From the NCBI GenBank assembly GCA_017513325.1, contig JAFXGC010000147.1:1-48278 (forward strand): 48,278 nt of DNA, in the 5' to 3' direction. Each line of letters begins with the position of its first letter. Position 1 is the stretch's first letter. The position numbers were made by a program, and so were the translations under genes. This document shows positions 45,870 through 48,278 of the stretch, piece after piece. Origin of the DNA: Clostridia bacterium (lineage in GTDB: Bacteria > Bacillota > Clostridia > Oscillospirales > CAG-272). Under the pieces are notes generated by a model. It searched no databases. It saw only the letters and a program-made list of their open reading frames with translations, and had not been told where the DNA came from.

Positions 45870-45898
45870 ATTCTAACATAGTCAAATGCCGATTGCAA
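45870..45898 (-). promoter_or_regulatory. Candidate dcw (Pmra) promoter
   Basis: Minus strand: TTGCAA - 17 nt - TAGAAT with a TGt extended -10. Confidence 0.55.
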
Positions 45899-46094
45899 TA
45901 TCTTTTGTAAAAAAATATAAGAAAATTTTCACTATTTCGCCTTATTTCCCAAGCGTTTTCAGCCTTTTTAGGCGAATATATGTTCTATTCTGTCAAAAAC
46001 ACTATTTCCTCGTATTTTTTTGCTATTCCTCGCATTTTCCACGCTTGCCCAACCTTTCTCTGCAAAAGCATAAAATCAAACATTTGTTCGTCAT

Positions 46095-46124
46095 ATGTAA
46101 AAAAAGAAAAGCCCTTTCGGGCTT
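46095..46124 (-). terminator. Terminator of ileS
   Basis: aagccc-tttc-gggctt. TTCTTTTTTT follows on the minus strand. Confidence 0.75.
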
Positions 46125-46147
46125 CTCTTTTCTAAGTTTTATATTAT

Positions 46148-48278
46148 TCAGATCTTCTTAACTGTGATCTCGGCCTTTTCGCCGTTGATATTCCAATCTT
46201 TAGAGATACCTTCGATCTTTTCATAGGTAAGACTATCACAAAGAACCGCTTCACAGAATGTTGCACTGTCGCCGGAAAGGATCTCAGCCAGTTTTTCACT
46301 TCCGCAAACGGACACTGCGATATGGTCCATAACATCAAAGCCGGAATCCTTACGCATTGTCTGTACTTTGGAGATAACTTCACGAACAAAGCCTTCGCGA
46401 ACCAAATCTTCTGTAAGAATTGTGCAGAGCGCAACTGTGATTCCGTTATCAGAAACAGAATAGTATCCTTCCTTCTGCTGAACATCAATGAGAAGGTCTT
46501 CACGTGTCAACTCAACAGCTGTTCCGTCAAAATCAAAGTGGATAGCGCCTGTTCCCTCAAGCTCTGCCATTGCAGCATTGCCATCAACGTTAGCAAGCGC
46601 TTCTCTGATCTTACCAAGTACCTTGCCGTACTTGGGACCTACAGTTTTAAGCTGAGGCTTAAAACTATAAGAGGAAATTGCTGAAACATCTGGAACGAAG
46701 TGAGCTTCCTTAACATTAAGCTCATCACGAACGATCTCGCTATAATACTCGCATACTTCTCTGTCTGTCTTTACATAGATAGAAGAGAGAGGCTGACGGT
46801 TTTTGATATTTGCTGCATTTCTTGCGCTTCTGCCAAGAACAACTGCTTCAAGAATAAATTCCATTTCATCTTCAAGCTTTTCGTCGATCATTGCCTCATC
46901 GTATTCAGGGAAATCACAGAAGTGAACACTGATAGGCGCCTCAGAATCAACTGTGCAAACCAGGTTGCGATAGATATCCTCTGCCATGAAGGGGATCATG
47001 GGTGCGCCTGCCTTTGCTGTTGTTACAAGGCAAGTATAGAGAGTCATATAAGCTGCAATCTTATCCTCTGTCATTTCTGTGCCCCAGAATCTTTCACGGG
47101 AGCGACGAACATACCAGTTGGAAAGCTCGTCTACAAAGGAAGAAAGACATTGAGCCGCTTCGGGAATCTTATATGCGCCAAGGTTATTATCAACGCCGCG
47201 AACCATAGAATTGAGCTTGGATAGGATGAACTTATCCATAACGGAAAGCTTACAATCTTCAAGCTTGTAGTTCATAGGATTGAACTGGTCGATCTCAGCA
47301 TAGAGTGTCCAGAAAGCATATGTGTTTTGGAGAGTACCCATAAACTTTCTCTGGCCTTCTGTTACGGCTCTGTCGCTGAATCTGGAAGGAAGCCAAGGAG
47401 CAGAGTTAGTATAGAAATACCAACGGATAGCATCCGCGCCATGAGTTTCAAGAGCCTTAAAGGGATCAACTGCGTTACCCTTGGACTTGGACATTTTCTG
47501 TCCGTCTTCGTCCTGAACAAGACCGAGAACGATTACGTTCTTATAGGGAGCCTTATCAAAGAGAAGAGTGGAGATAGCAAGAAGTGAATAGAACCATCCT
47601 CTTGTCTGGTCAACTGCCTCGGAGATAAAATCTGCGGGGAACTGAGCTTCAAAGAGATCCTTATTTTCAAAAGGATAGTGGTGCTGAGCGAAAGGCATTG
47701 CGCCTGAATCAAACCAGCAGTCAATAACCTCGGGAACTCTCTTCATTTCGCCACCGCACTCAGGACACTTGATAGTTACAGCGTCAATATAGGGGCGGTG
47801 AAGCTCAATTTCGTCGGGACAATTGTCAGACATAGACTTCAGCTCTTCAATGGAGCCGATAGAATGGAAATGTCCGCAGGAGCATTCCCAGATATTAAGA
47901 GGTGTTCCCCAATAACGGTTACGGCTGAGGCCCCAGTCCTGAACGTTTTCAAGCCAGTCGCCAAATCTGCCCTTACCGATGGATTCGGGGATCCAGTTAA
48001 TTGTATTATTATTTGCGATGAGTCTGTCTTTAACGGCTGTCATCTTGATGAACCAGCTCTCACGAGCATAGTAGATCAGAGGTGTATCACATCTCCAGCA
48101 GAAAGGATAGCTATGCTCAAACTGAGGAGCGCTGAACAGAAGTCCCTTTTCTTCAAGAGAACGGAGAACGAGACGGTCAGCATCCTTAACGAATGTGCCT
48201 GCCCAATCTGTTTCTTCTGTCATTTCGCCCTTACCATTTACAAGCTGAACGAAAGGAAGGTCATACTTAACGCCTACA
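46148..48278 (-). CDS. ileS: Isoleucine--tRNA ligase, C-terminal ~700 aa (5' part lies beyond the window end)
   Basis: The frame is open to the window edge. PFCWRCDTPLIYY, KMSKSKGN, and the anticodon-binding and C-terminal domains of long (type 2-like) IleS. Confidence 0.93.
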   Translation of the reverse strand, partial: VGVKYDLPFVQLVNGKGEMTEETDWAGTFVKDADRLVLRSLEEKGLLFSAPQFEHSYPFCWRCDTPLIYYARESWFIKMTAVKDRLIANNNTINWIPESIGKGRFGDWLENVQDWGLSRNRYWGTPLNIWECSCGHFHSIGSIEELKSMSDNCPDEIELHRPYIDAVTIKCPECGGEMKRVPEVIDCWFDSGAMPFAQHHYPFENKDLFEAQFPADFISEAVDQTRGWFYSLLAISTLLFDKAPYKNVIVLGLVQDEDGQKMSKSKGNAVDPFKALETHGADAIRWYFYTNSAPWLPSRFSDRAVTEGQRKFMGTLQNTYAFWTLYAEIDQFNPMNYKLEDCKLSVMDKFILSKLNSMVRGVDNNLGAYKIPEAAQCLSSFVDELSNWYVRRSRERFWGTEMTEDKIAAYMTLYTCLVTTAKAGAPMIPFMAEDIYRNLVCTVDSEAPISVHFCDFPEYDEAMIDEKLEDEMEFILEAVVLGRSARNAANIKNRQPLSSIYVKTDREVCEYYSEIVRDELNVKEAHFVPDVSAISSYSFKPQLKTVGPKYGKVLGKIREALANVDGNAAMAELEGTGAIHFDFDGTAVELTREDLLIDVQQKEGYYSVSDNGITVALCTILTEDLVREGFVREVISKVQTMRKDSGFDVMDHIAVSVCGSEKLAEILSGDSATFCEAVLCDSLTYEKIEGISKDWNINGEKAEITVKKI

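Noticed and set aside
45886-46161. 91-aa plus-strand ORF in the mraZ-ileS intergenic region.
   Set aside because: It is Phe/Ser/Leu-rich translation of an AT-rich promoter/terminator region, with no RBS. It overlaps the ileS terminator and the predicted Pmra.

Overview
The window reads as a low-GC Firmicutes/Clostridia chromosome segment. N-terminal type I dockerin modules next to a starch/maltodextrin locus suggest a Ruminococcus bromii-like Oscillospiraceae organism; this is inference, no search was run. The layout has five parts. (1) 1-5.9 kb is a maltodextrin-type ABC uptake operon (binding protein 3' end, MalF-like, MalG-like, MalK/MsmX-like ATPase) convergent with a GH13 alpha-amylase-family lipoprotein. 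(2) About 6-13.8 kb looks more AT-rich by eye and accessory. It holds two paralogous XRE-HTH + helical-repeat regulators, each divergent from a different cargo gene: an SPL-family radical SAM gene preceded by a perfect GAAC-N4-GTTC palindrome, and a cytoplasmic DUF2961/GH172 gene. A lone tRNA-Leu(CAA) sits between the regulators. A MITE-like palindromic element and two tandem, diverged dockerin proteins with a strongly conserved promoter/leader follow. (3) 14-21.3 kb is housekeeping: M42 peptidase, fakB-fakA fatty acid kinase, and a MacB/FtsX-type ABC exporter. (4) 21.3-33.4 kb starts with an AT-rich divergent control region containing a 15-nt perfect inverted repeat. It continues with an AI-2E family transporter whose stop overlaps the metK start, REP-like hairpin repeats, prmA, the CIRCE-controlled hrcA-grpE-dnaK-dnaJ operon, a cobalamin-riboswitch-controlled DUF4430 lipoprotein + membrane protein pair, an M23 peptidase, and an orphan ThyX-fold protein lacking the RHR signature. 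(5) 33.4-48.3 kb is a compact dcw cluster (mraZ-rsmH-ftsL-like-PBP-murE-mraY-ftsW-murG-ftsQ...ftsZ, with no ftsA, murD or murF) and the 3' part of ileS. No CRISPR array, transposase, integrase or obvious defence genes were seen. I rank these candidates for undescribed biology highest: the degenerate ThyX-like orphan, the dockerin paralog pair with its shared control region, the duplicated regulator-cargo modules with the SOS-box-like palindrome, the B12 riboswitch scavenging pair, the AI-2E-metK coupling, and a possible invertible promoter. All family assignments come from reading motifs by eye. No HMM, BLAST or folding computations were run.
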